A stretch of DNA of 10,259 bases from a virus. Under the pieces are notes generated by a model. That model was given only the letters and a program-made list of their open reading frames with translations, searched no databases and was not told the DNA's origin. The first letter of the stretch is position 1. Each line of letters opens with the position of its first letter. Shown here piece after piece: positions 1-7,612 of this stretch. The position numbers and the translations under genes are program-made. The DNA lies in UHGV virus genome UHGV-1653917; one strand, written 5' to 3'.

Positions 1-674
1 AAGAGCACGCCATTGTCCAGGTGGAAGAAATGCAGGCGGTGAATGCCGTGCTGTATGGCAAATACACCATGGAAGGGGATCAGTTTGATACTGTCGAGGT
101 GGATTTCGGGCGCTCTGAAGGAAATAACATTGAGCAGGCTGACGGTAAAAAATGGTCTGAGCAGGACCGTGATACGTTTGATCCGACGCATGATATTGAC
201 CTCTACTGCGATCAGGCCAGCGGCCTTGTGAATATCGCCATTATGGACGGTACGGTCTGGCGTCTGCTGAATGGCTTTAAGCTGTTCCGCGAAAAACTGG
301 ATACCCGTCGCGGTTCAAATTCTCAACTCGAAACGGCAGTGAAAGATCTGGGCGCAGTGGTGTCCTTCAAGGGGTATTACGGCGATCTGGCCATTGTGGT
401 GGCGAAAACGTCTTATGTGGCAGAGGACGGTACCGAAAAACGTTATCTGCCGGAGGGCATGCTGGTGTTGGGGAATACGGCGGCAGAGGGGATTCGTTGC
501 TATGGTGCCATTAAGGATGCACAGGCGTTGTCTGAAGGAGTGGTGGCTTCTTCCCGTTACCCGAAACACTGGCTGACCGTGGGCGATCCGTCCTGTGAAT
601 TCACCATGACGCAGTCCGCTCCGCTGATGGTGCTGCCGGATCCGGATGAGTTTGTGGTGGTACAGGTGAAATAA
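1..674 (+). CDS. E: Major capsid protein (lambda gpE family), C-terminal part; 5' end lies upstream of the window
   Basis: Frame is open from the window edge (first full codon at 3) to TAA at 672-674. The translation (..VEEMQAVNAVLYGKYTMEGDQFDTVEVDFGRSE.. KLDTRRGSNSQLETAVKDLG.. SAPLMVLPDPDEFVVVQVK) matches my recollection of the lambda gpE C-terminal half in many blocks but with numerous substitutions. Confidence 0.88.
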   Translation, partial: EHAIVQVEEMQAVNAVLYGKYTMEGDQFDTVEVDFGRSEGNNIEQADGKKWSEQDRDTFDPTHDIDLYCDQASGLVNIAIMDGTVWRLLNGFKLFREKLDTRRGSNSQLETAVKDLGAVVSFKGYYGDLAIVVAKTSYVAEDGTEKRYLPEGMLVLGNTAAEGIRCYGAIKDAQALSEGVVASSRYPKHWLTVGDPSCEFTMTQSAPLMVLPDPDEFVVVQVK

Positions 675-682
675 TCCGTGAG

Positions 683-711
683 CGGGGGCGAAATGCCCCC
701 GTGTCTTTTTT
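683..711 (+). terminator. Terminator-like GC hairpin plus T-run immediately downstream of E
   Basis: cgggggc (683-689), loop gaaat, gcccccg (695-701) forms a perfect 7-bp GC stem, followed by tcttttttt (703-711). Seen directly in sequence; function is inferred. Confidence 0.5.
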
Positions 712-725
712 CACAGGGGGCTGAT

Positions 726-1100
726 ATGGCAACGAAAGAGCAAAATCTGAAACGGCTTGATGAACTGGCCCTGATTCTGGGGCGTGAGCCGGATATATCC
801 GGGAGTGCCGCAGAGATAGCGCAGCGGGTGGCAGAATGGGAAGAGGAAATGCAGTCATCCGGCGATGATGTACAGGTTATGAATATGGATATCCGGGAGC
901 GGGAAACCGCGGCTCATGATGTTCGTGAGGAAACATCCGGCGCGTTAACGCGCATCAGAGTTCTGACCTGCCTCCATCTCTGTGGCGTTGATGGTGAAAC
1001 GGGGGAATCCGTTGAGCTTGCGGATGTTGGTCGGGTGATTCTGATTATGTCCTCAGATGCAAAAACACACGTTGATGGTGGAATGGCTGTTTATGCGTGA
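726..1100 (+). CDS. FI: FI-like DNA packaging / head assembly protein, divergent allele (124 aa)
   Basis: ATG at 726 preceded by aggggg (715-720). Its position between E and FII, its size (lambda FI is about 132 aa) and its acidic N-terminal region resemble gpFI, but the sequence is clearly different from lambda FI as I recall it. The GTG at 678 given by the ORF track lies inside the hairpin and has no RBS. Confidence 0.65.
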   Translation: MATKEQNLKRLDELALILGREPDISGSAAEIAQRVAEWEEEMQSSGDDVQVMNMDIRERETAAHDVREETSGALTRIRVLTCLHLCGVDGETGESVELADVGRVILIMSSDAKTHVDGGMAVYA

Positions 1101-1446
1101 TTTTCAGAATGCCTTTGATGCCGCCCTTGCCGGGGTGGACAGTACGATTGTTGAAGTGATGGGCATCAGTGCGCAGTTCACCTCCGGTGCACAGCGTGGC
1201 GGCGAGGTTCATGGCGTTTTTGACGATCCGGAGTCGCTGGGTTTTGCCAGTAGTGGGATCCGTATTGAAGGAAGTAACCCGTCATTATTTGTGCTTACGG
1301 ATACGGTTTGTGCTGTACGGCGTGGTGACACGCTGACCATTAACGGCGAGATGTTCTGGGTGGACCGTGTTTCTCCGGATGACGGAGGGAGTTGTTATCT
1401 CTGGCTCAACCGGGGGCAACCACCTGCCGCCAGCCGTCGCCGCTGA
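1093..1446 (+). CDS. FII: Head-tail joining protein (lambda gpFII family), 117 aa
   Basis: ATG at 1093 overlaps the FI stop (ATGCGTGA, 1093-1100). Length is identical to lambda FII. The C-terminus (RRGDTLTI..FWVDRVSPDDGGSC.LWL.RG.PPA..RRR) matches lambda FII as I recall it; the N-terminal two-thirds is diverged. Confidence 0.85.
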   Translation: MRDFQNAFDAALAGVDSTIVEVMGISAQFTSGAQRGGEVHGVFDDPESLGFASSGIRIEGSNPSLFVLTDTVCAVRRGDTLTINGEMFWVDRVSPDDGGSCYLWLNRGQPPAASRRR

Positions 1447-1457
1447 AAGGGGGATGT

Positions 1458-2036
1458 ATGGCCATAAAAGGTCTTGAGCAGGCCGTTGAAAACCTCAGCC
1501 GTATCAGCAGAACGGCGGTGCCCGGTGCCGCCGCAATGGCCATTAACCGCGTTGCTTCATCCGCGATATCGCAGTCGGCGTCACAGGTTGCCCGTGAGAC
1601 AAAGGTACGCCGGAAACTGGTAAAGGAAAGGGCCAGGCTGAAAAGGGCCACGGTCAAAAATCCGCAGGCCAGAATCAAAGTTAACCGGGGGGATTTGCCC
1701 GTAATCAGGCTGGGTAACGCGCGGGTTGTCCTGTCCCGACGCAGGCGTCGTAAAAAGGGGCAGCGTTCATCCCTGAAAGGTGGCGGCAGCGTGCTTGTGG
1801 TGGGAAACCGTCGTATTCCCGGCGCGTTTATTCAGCAACTGAAAAATGGCCGGTGGCATGTCATGCAGCGTGTGGCCGGGAAAAACCGTTACCCCATTGA
1901 TGTGGTGAAAATCCCGATGGCGGTGCCGCTGACCACGGCGTTTAAACAGAATATTGAGCGGATACGGCGTGAGCGTCTTCCGAAAGAGCTGGGCTATGCG
2001 CTGCAGCATCAACTGAGAATGGTAATAAAGCGATGA
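1458..2036 (+). CDS. Z: Tail completion protein (lambda gpZ), 192 aa
   Basis: ATG at 1458 preceded by aaagggggga. The translation MAIKGLEQAVENLSRIS...LRMVIKR matches lambda gpZ essentially end to end, and the 579-bp length is the same as lambda Z. Confidence 0.92.
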   Translation: MAIKGLEQAVENLSRISRTAVPGAAAMAINRVASSAISQSASQVARETKVRRKLVKERARLKRATVKNPQARIKVNRGDLPVIRLGNARVVLSRRRRRKKGQRSSLKGGGSVLVVGNRRIPGAFIQQLKNGRWHVMQRVAGKNRYPIDVVKIPMAVPLTTAFKQNIERIRRERLPKELGYALQHQLRMVIKR

Positions 2037-2428
2037 AACATACTGAACTCCGTGCAGCCGTACTGGATGCACTGGAGAAGCATGACACCGGGGCGACGCT
2101 TTTTGATGGTCGCCCTGCTGTTTTTGATGAGGAAGATTTTCCGGCAATTGCCGTTTATCTCACCGGCGCTGAATACACGGGCGAAGAGCTGGACAGCGAT
2201 ACCTGGCAGGCGGAGCTGCATATTGAAGTTTTCCTGCCTGCTCAGGTGCCGGATTCAGAGCTGGATTCGTGGATGGAGTCCCGGATTTATCCGGTGATGA
2301 GCGATATCCCGGCACTGTCAGATTTGATCACCAGTATGGTGGCCAGTGGCTATGACTACCGGCGCGACGATGATGCGGGCCTGTGGAGTTCAGCCGATCT
2401 GACTTATGTCATTACCTATGAAATGTGA
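2033..2428 (+). CDS. U: Tail terminator protein (lambda gpU), 131 aa
   Basis: ATGA start/stop overlap with Z at 2033-2036. The translation [69 protein letters not shown]...YEM matches lambda gpU as I recall it. Confidence 0.93.
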   Translation: MKHTELRAAVLDALEKHDTGATLFDGRPAVFDEEDFPAIAVYLTGAEYTGEELDSDTWQAELHIEVFLPAQVPDSELDSWMESRIYPVMSDIPALSDLITSMVASGYDYRRDDDAGLWSSADLTYVITYEM

Positions 2429-2435
2429 GGACGAT

Positions 2436-3176
2436 ATGCCAACACCAAATCCTCTGGCACCGGTGAAAGGGGCCGGGACCACACTGTGGGTTTATAACGG
2501 GAGCGGCGACCCTTATGCAAACCCGCTTTCAGACAATGACTGGTCGCGTCTGGCAAAAATTAAAGACCTGACGCCCGGCGAACTGACCGCTGAGTCCTAT
2601 GACGACAGTTATCTCGATGATGAAGATGCGGACTGGACCGCGACCGGGCAGGGGCAGAAATCCGCCGGAGATACCAGCTTCACGCTGGCGTGGATGCCCG
2701 GAGAGCAGGGGCAGCAGGCGCTGCTGGCGTGGTTTAATGAAGGTGATACCCGTGCCTATAAAATCCGCTTCCCGAACGGCACGGTCGATGTGTTCCGTGG
2801 CTGGGTCAGCAGTATCGGTAAGGCGGTGACGGCGAAGGAAGTGATCACCCGTACGGTGAAGGTCACCAATGTGGGCCGTCCGTCAATGGCAGAAGATCGC
2901 AGTACGGTGACGGCGGCAACCGGTATGACCGTGACGCCTGCCAGCTCCTCGGTGGTGAAAGGGCAGAGCACCACGCTGACCGTGGCCTTCCAGCCGGAGG
3001 GCGCAACTGACAAGAGCTTCCGTGCGGTGTCAGCGGATAAAACAAAAGCCACCGTGTCGGTCAGTGGTATGACCATCACCGTGAACGGCGTTGCTGCAGG
3101 CAAGGTCAACATTCCGGTTGTATCCGGTAATGGTGAACTTGCTGCGGTTGCAGAAATCACTGTCACCGACAGTTAA
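2436..3176 (+). CDS. V: Major tail tube protein (lambda gpV) with C-terminal Ig-like domain, 246 aa
   Basis: ATG at 2436 preceded by gagga (2427-2431). The translation [20 protein letters not shown]...[26 protein letters not shown]... matches lambda gpV with a few substitutions, and the length is identical to lambda V. The C-terminal roughly 90 aa is the known Ig-like (Big_2-type) domain. Confidence 0.95.
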   Translation: MPTPNPLAPVKGAGTTLWVYNGSGDPYANPLSDNDWSRLAKIKDLTPGELTAESYDDSYLDDEDADWTATGQGQKSAGDTSFTLAWMPGEQGQQALLAWFNEGDTRAYKIRFPNGTVDVFRGWVSSIGKAVTAKEVITRTVKVTNVGRPSMAEDRSTVTAATGMTVTPASSSVVKGQSTTLTVAFQPEGATDKSFRAVSADKTKATVSVSGMTITVNGVAAGKVNIPVVSGNGELAAVAEITVTDS

Positions 3177-3191
3177 TCCGGAGAGTCAGCG

Positions 3192-3614
3192 ATGTTCCTG
3201 AAAACCGAATCATTTGAACATAACGGCGTGACCGTCACGCTTTCTGAACTGTCAGCCCTGCAGCGTATTGAGCATCTCGCCCTGATGAAACAGCAGGCAG
3301 AACAGGCGGAGTCAGACAGCAACCGGCAGGTTACTGTGGAAGACGCCATCAGAACCGGTGCTTTTGTGGTGGCGATGTCCCTGTGGCATAACCATCCGCA
3401 GAAGACAAAGCAGCCTTCCATGAATGAAGCCGTTAAACAGATTGAGCAGGAAGTGCTTACCACCTGGCCCGCGGAGGCAATTTCTCATGCTGAAAACGTG
3501 GTGTACCGGCTGTCCGGTATGTATGGGTTTGTGGTGAATGATGCCCCTGACCAGGCAGAGGACTCCGGGCCTGCAGAGCCTGTTTCTGCGGGAAAGTGTT
3601 CGACGGTGAGCTGA
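3192..3614 (+). CDS. G: Tail assembly chaperone (lambda gpG), 140 aa
   Basis: ATG at 3192 preceded by ggagag. The translation MFLKTESFEHNGVTVTLSELSALQRIEHLALMKQQAEQ... matches lambda gpG as I recall it, and the slippery heptamer sits near its 3' end. Confidence 0.92.
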   Translation: MFLKTESFEHNGVTVTLSELSALQRIEHLALMKQQAEQAESDSNRQVTVEDAIRTGAFVVAMSLWHNHPQKTKQPSMNEAVKQIEQEVLTTWPAEAISHAENVVYRLSGMYGFVVNDAPDQAEDSGPAEPVSAGKCSTVS

Positions 3615-4030
3615 GTTTTGCCCTGAAACTGGCGCGAGAGATGGGGCGACCTGACTGGCGCGCCATGCTTGCCGGGATGTCATCCACGGAGTATGCCGAC
3701 TGGCACCGCTTTTACAGTACCCATTATTTTCATGATGTTCTGCTGGATATGCACTTTTCCGGGCTGACGTACACTGTGCTCAGCCTGTTTTTCAGCGATC
3801 CGGATATGCATCCGCTGGATTTCAGTTTGCTGAACCGGCGTGAGGATGACGAAGAGCCTGAAGATGATGTGCTGATGCAGAAAGCGGCAGGGCTTACCGG
3901 AGGCGTCCGCTTTGACCCGGACGGAAATGAAGTTATCCCCGCTTCCCCGGATATGGCGGGCATGACGGAGGATGACGTAATGCTGATGACAGTATCAGAA
4001 GGGATCGCAGGAGGAGTCCGGTATGGCTGA
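3192..4030 (+). CDS. T: Tail assembly chaperone G-T fusion made by -1 programmed ribosomal frameshift at 3590-3596 (T portion 3596-4030)
   Basis: The G frame reads GGA AAG at 3591-3596; a -1 slip on G_GGA_AAG puts the ribosome into the ORF at 3596-4030 (VFDGELSFALKLAREMGRPDWRAML...), which matches lambda gpT as I recall it. The T frame has no plausible independent start or RBS and ends overlapping the H start. Confidence 0.88.
3590..3596 (+). promoter_or_regulatory. Slippery heptanucleotide G_GGA_AAG for the -1 frameshift producing G-T
   Basis: The heptamer has the X_XXY_YYZ form in the correct phase relative to the G frame (codons GGA 3591-3593, AAG 3594-3596), at the position known for the lambda G-T frameshift. 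Confidence 0.88.
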
Positions 4031-6584
4031 ACCGGTAGGCGATCTGGTCGTTGATTTAAGTCTGGATGCGGCCAGATTTGACGAGCAGATGGCCAGAGTC
4101 AGGCGTCATTTTTCCGGTACGGAAAGTGATGCGAAAAAAACAGCGGCAGTCGTTGAACAGTCGCTGAGCCGACAGGCGCTGGCTGCACAGAAAGCGGGGA
4201 TTTCCGTCGGGCAGTATAAAGCCGCCATGCGTATGCTGCCTGCACAGTTCACCGACGTGGCCACGCAGCTTGCAGGCGGGCAAAGCCCGTGGCTGATCCT
4301 GCTGCAACAGGGTGGTCAGGTTAAGGACTCCTTCGGCGGGATGATCCCCATGTTCCGGGGGCTTGCCGGTGCGATCACCCTGCCGATGGTCGGGGCCACC
4401 TCGCTGGCGGTGGCGACCGGTGCGCTGGCGTATGCCTGGTATCAGGGTAACTCAACCCTGTCCGATTTCAACAAAACGCTGGTCCTTTCCGGCAATCAGT
4501 CGGGTCTGACGGCAGATCGTATGCTGGTCCTGTCCAGAGCCGGGCAGGCGGCAGGGCTGACGTTTAACCAGACCAGCGAGTCACTCAGCGCACTGGTTAA
4601 GGCGGGAGTAAGCGGTGAGGCTCAGATTGCATCCATCAGCCAGAGTGTGGCGCGTTTCTCCTCTGCATCCGGCGTGGAGGTGGACAAGGTCGCTGAAGCC
4701 TTCGGGAAGCTGACCACTGACCCGACGTCGGGGCTGACGGCGATGGCGCGCCAGTTCCATAACGTAACGGCGGAGCAGATTGCGTATGTTGCTCAGTTGC
4801 AGCGTTCCGGCGATGAATCCGGGGCATTGCAGGCGGCGAACGAGGCCGCAACGAAAGGGTTTGATGACCAGACCCGACGCCTGAAAGAGAACATGGGCAC
4901 GCTGGAAACCTGGGCAGACAGGACAGCACGGGCATTCAAATCCATGTGGGATGCGGTGCTGGATATTGGTCGTCCTGATACCGCTCAGGAGATGCTGATT
5001 AAGGCAGAGGCTGCGTTTAAGAAAGCGGACGACATCTGGAATCTGCGCAAGGATGATTATTTTGTTAACGATGAAGCGCGGGCGCGTTACTGGGATGATC
5101 GTGAAAAGGCCCGTCTTGCGCTTGAAGCCGCCCGAAAGAAGGCTGAACAGCAGAGTCAACAGGACAAAAATGCGCAGCAGCAGAGCGATACCGAAGCATC
5201 ACGGCTGAAATATACCGAAGAGGCGCAGAAGGCTTACGAACGGCTGCAGACACCGCTGGAGAAATATACCGCCCGTCAGGAAGAACTGAACAAGGCACTG
5301 AAAGACGGGAAAATCCTGCAGGCAGATTACAACACGCTGATGGCGGCGGCGAAAAAGGATTATGAAGCGACGCTGAAAAAGCCGAAACAGTCCGGCGTGA
5401 AGGTGTCTGCGGGCGATCGTCAGGAAGACAGTGCTCATGCTGCCCTGCTGACGCTTCAGGCTGAACTCCGGACGCTGGAGAAGCATGCCGGAGCAAATGA
5501 GAAAATCAGCCAGCAGCGCCGGGATTTGTGGAAGGCGGAGAGTCAGTTCGCGGTACTGGAGGAGGCGGCGCAACGTCGCCAGCTGTCTGCACAGGAGAAA
5601 TCCCTGCTGGCGCATAAAGATGAGACGCTGGAGTACAAACGCCAGCTGGCTGCACTTGGCGACAAGGTTACGTATCAGGAGCGCCTGAACGCGCTGGCGC
5701 AGCAGGCGGATAAATTCGCACAGCAGCAACGGGCAAAACGGGCCGCTATTGATGCGAAAAGCCGGGGGCTGACTGACCGGCAGGCAGAACGGGAAGCCAC
5801 GGAACAGCGCCTGAAGGAACAGTATGGCGATAATCCTCTGGCGCTGAATAACGTCATGTCAGAGCAGAAAAAGACCTGGGCGGCTGAAGACCTGCTTCGC
5901 GGGAACTGGATGGCAGGCCTGAAGTCCGGCTGGAGTGAGTGGGAAGAGAGTGCCACGGACAGTATGTCGCAGGTTAAAAGTGCTGCCACGCAGACCTTTG
6001 ATGGTATTGCGCAGAATATGGCGGCGATGCTGACCGGCAGTGAACAGAACTGGCGCAGCTTCACCCGTTCCGTGCTGTCCATGATGACAGAAATTCTGCT
6101 TAAGCAGGCAATGGTGGGGATTGTCGGGAGTATCGGCAGCGCCATTGGCGGGGCTGTTGGTGGCGGCGCATCCGCGTCAGGCGGTACAGCCATTCAGGCC
6201 GCTGCGGCGAAATTCCATTTTGCAACCGGAGGATTTACGGGAACCGGCGGCAAATATGAGCCAGCGGGGATTGTTCACCGTGGTGAGTTTGTCTTCACGA
6301 AGGAGGCAACCAGCCGGATTGGCGTGGGAAATCTCTACCGGCTGATGCGCGGCTATGCCACCGGCGGTTATGTCGGTACACCGGGCAGTCTGGCTGACAG
6401 CCGGTCGCAGGCGTCCGGGACGTTTGAGCAGAATAACCATGTGGTGATTAACAACGACGGCACGAACGGGCAGATAGGTCCGGCTGCTCTGAAGGCGGTG
6501 TATGACATGGCCCGCAAGGGTGCCCGTGATGAAATTCAGACACAGATGCGTGATGGTGGCCTGTTCTCCGGAGGTGGACGATGA
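4023..6584 (+). CDS. H: Tail tape measure protein (lambda gpH), 853 aa
   Basis: ATG at 4023 overlaps the end of the T frame. The 853-aa length equals lambda gpH. It has a long coiled-coil/alpha-helical charged middle region (many E/K/Q/A residues), hydrophobic segments near the N-terminus, and a Gly-rich C-terminal region (VGIVGSIGSAIGGAVGGGASASGG). The sequence matches lambda H as I recall it. Confidence 0.97.
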   Translation: MAEPVGDLVVDLSLDAARFDEQMARVRRHFSGTESDAKKTAAVVEQSLSRQALAAQKAGISVGQYKAAMRMLPAQFTDVATQLAGGQSPWLILLQQGGQVKDSFGGMIPMFRGLAGAITLPMVGATSLAVATGALAYAWYQGNSTLSDFNKTLVLSGNQSGLTADRMLVLSRAGQAAGLTFNQTSESLSALVKAGVSGEAQIASISQSVARFSSASGVEVDKVAEAFGKLTTDPTSGLTAMARQFHNVTAEQIAYVAQLQRSGDESGALQAANEAATKGFDDQTRRLKENMGTLETWADRTARAFKSMWDAVLDIGRPDTAQEMLIKAEAAFKKADDIWNLRKDDYFVNDEARARYWDDREKARLALEAARKKAEQQSQQDKNAQQQSDTEASRLKYTEEAQKAYERLQTPLEKYTARQEELNKALKDGKILQADYNTLMAAAKKDYEATLKKPKQSGVKVSAGDRQEDSAHAALLTLQAELRTLEKHAGANEKISQQRRDLWKAESQFAVLEEAAQRRQLSAQEKSLLAHKDETLEYKRQLAALGDKVTYQERLNALAQQADKFAQQQRAKRAAIDAKSRGLTDRQAEREATEQRLKEQYGDNPLALNNVMSEQKKTWAAEDLLRGNWMAGLKSGWSEWEESATDSMSQVKSAATQTFDGIAQNMAAMLTGSEQNWRSFTRSVLSMMTEILLKQAMVGIVGSIGSAIGGAVGGGASASGGTAIQAAAAKFHFATGGFTGTGGKYEPAGIVHRGEFVFTKEATSRIGVGNLYRLMRGYATGGYVGTPGSLADSRSQASGTFEQNNHVVINNDGTNGQIGPAALKAVYDMARKGARDEIQTQMRDGGLFSGGGR

Positions 6585-6910
6585 AAACCTTCCGCTGGAA
6601 AGTGAAACCCGGGATGGATGTGACATCGGCTCCTTCCGTCAGGGAGGTGCGCTTTGGTGATGGCTATTCCCAGCGTGCGCCTGCCGGGCTGAACGCTGAC
6701 CTGAAAACGTACAGCGTGACGCTGTCTGTCTCCCGTGAGGAGGCCACGGCGCTGGAGTCGTTTCTGGCTGAGCACGGGGGCTGGAAGGCCTTTCTGTGGA
6801 CGCCGCCTTATGGTTACAGGCAGATAAAGGTGACCTGCGCAAAATGGTCGTCGCAGGTCAGTATGTTGCGTGTTGAGTTCAGCGCAGAGTTTAAACAGGT
6901 GGTGAACTGA
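6581..6910 (+). CDS. M: Tail tip assembly protein (lambda gpM), 109 aa
   Basis: ATGA overlap with the H stop (6581-6584), with ggaggtgga RBS upstream. The translation MKTFRWKVKPGMDV...LRVEFSAEFKQVVN matches lambda gpM. Confidence 0.93.
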   Translation: MKTFRWKVKPGMDVTSAPSVREVRFGDGYSQRAPAGLNADLKTYSVTLSVSREEATALESFLAEHGGWKAFLWTPPYGYRQIKVTCAKWSSQVSMLRVEFSAEFKQVVN

Positions 6911-7608
6911 TGCAGGATATCCGGCAGGAAACACTGAATGAATGCACCCGTGCGGAGCAGTCGGCCAGCGTGGTGCTCTGGGAAATCGATCTGACAGAGG
7001 TTGGTGGAGAACGTTATTTTTTCTGTAATGAGCAGAACGAAAAAGGTGAGCCGGTCACCTGGCAGGGGCGGCAGTATCAGGCGTATCCCATTCAGGGGAG
7101 TGGTTTTGAACTGAATGGCAAAGGCACCAGTACGCGCCCCACGCTGACGGTTTCTAACCTGTACGGCATGGTCACCGGGATGGCGGAAGATCTGCAGAGT
7201 CTGGTCGGCGGAACGGTGGTCAGGCGTAAGGTTTACGCCCGTTTTCTGGATGCGGTGAACTTCGTCAACGGAAACAGAGACGCCGATCCGGAGCAGGAGG
7301 TGATCAGCCGCTGGCGCATTGAGCAGTGCAGCGAACTGAGCGCGGTCAGTGCCTCCTTTGTACTGTCCACGCCGACGGAAACGGACGGCGCTGTTTTTCC
7401 GGGACGTATCATGCTGGCCAACACCTGCACCTGGACCTATCGCGGCGATGAGTGCGGTTATCACGGTCCGGCGGTCGCGGATGAATATGACCAGCCAACG
7501 TCCGATATCACGAAGGATAAATGCAGCAAATGCCTGAGCGGTTGTAAGTTCCGCAATAACGTCGGCAACTTTGGCGGCTTCCTTTCCATTAACAAACTTT
7601 CGCAGTAA
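6910..7608 (+). CDS. L: Tail tip protein (lambda gpL), 232 aa, with Fe-S-binding Cys cluster
   Basis: TGATG overlap with the M stop (6908-6912). The translation MQDIRQETLNECTRAEQSASVVLWEIDLTEVGGERYFFCNEQ... matches lambda gpL, including the C-terminal cysteines (CTWTYRGDECGY...CSKCLSGC). Confidence 0.93.
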   Translation: MQDIRQETLNECTRAEQSASVVLWEIDLTEVGGERYFFCNEQNEKGEPVTWQGRQYQAYPIQGSGFELNGKGTSTRPTLTVSNLYGMVTGMAEDLQSLVGGTVVRRKVYARFLDAVNFVNGNRDADPEQEVISRWRIEQCSELSAVSASFVLSTPTETDGAVFPGRIMLANTCTWTYRGDECGYHGPAVADEYDQPTSDITKDKCSKCLSGCKFRNNVGNFGGFLSINKLSQ

Positions 7609-7612
7609 TCCC

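Noticed and set aside
43-576. Short + strand ORFs in alternate frames inside E (43-231, 394-576) and similar ones inside U, V and H (2052-2297, 2599-2829, 5485-5688, 6121-6345)
   Set aside because: They are alternate-frame read-throughs within well-supported genes, with basic low-complexity products and no start signals.
678-725. GTG start at 678 for FI, as given by the ORF track
   Set aside because: It would begin inside the terminator-like hairpin 4 nt after the E stop with no SD; the ATG at 726 has a G-rich SD at the right spacing.
1392-1457. Upstream extension of Z (ORF track start 1392) and of V (ORF track start 2406)
   Set aside because: The extensions overlap the 3' ends of FII and U; the ATGs at 1458 and 2436 have clear SD sequences and give the recognised gpZ and gpV N-termini.
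6100-6260. Gly/Ala-rich segment of H as a possible nucleotide-level tandem repeat
   Set aside because: It is compositional bias at the protein level, not a repeated DNA unit; no periodic nucleotide repeat is evident.
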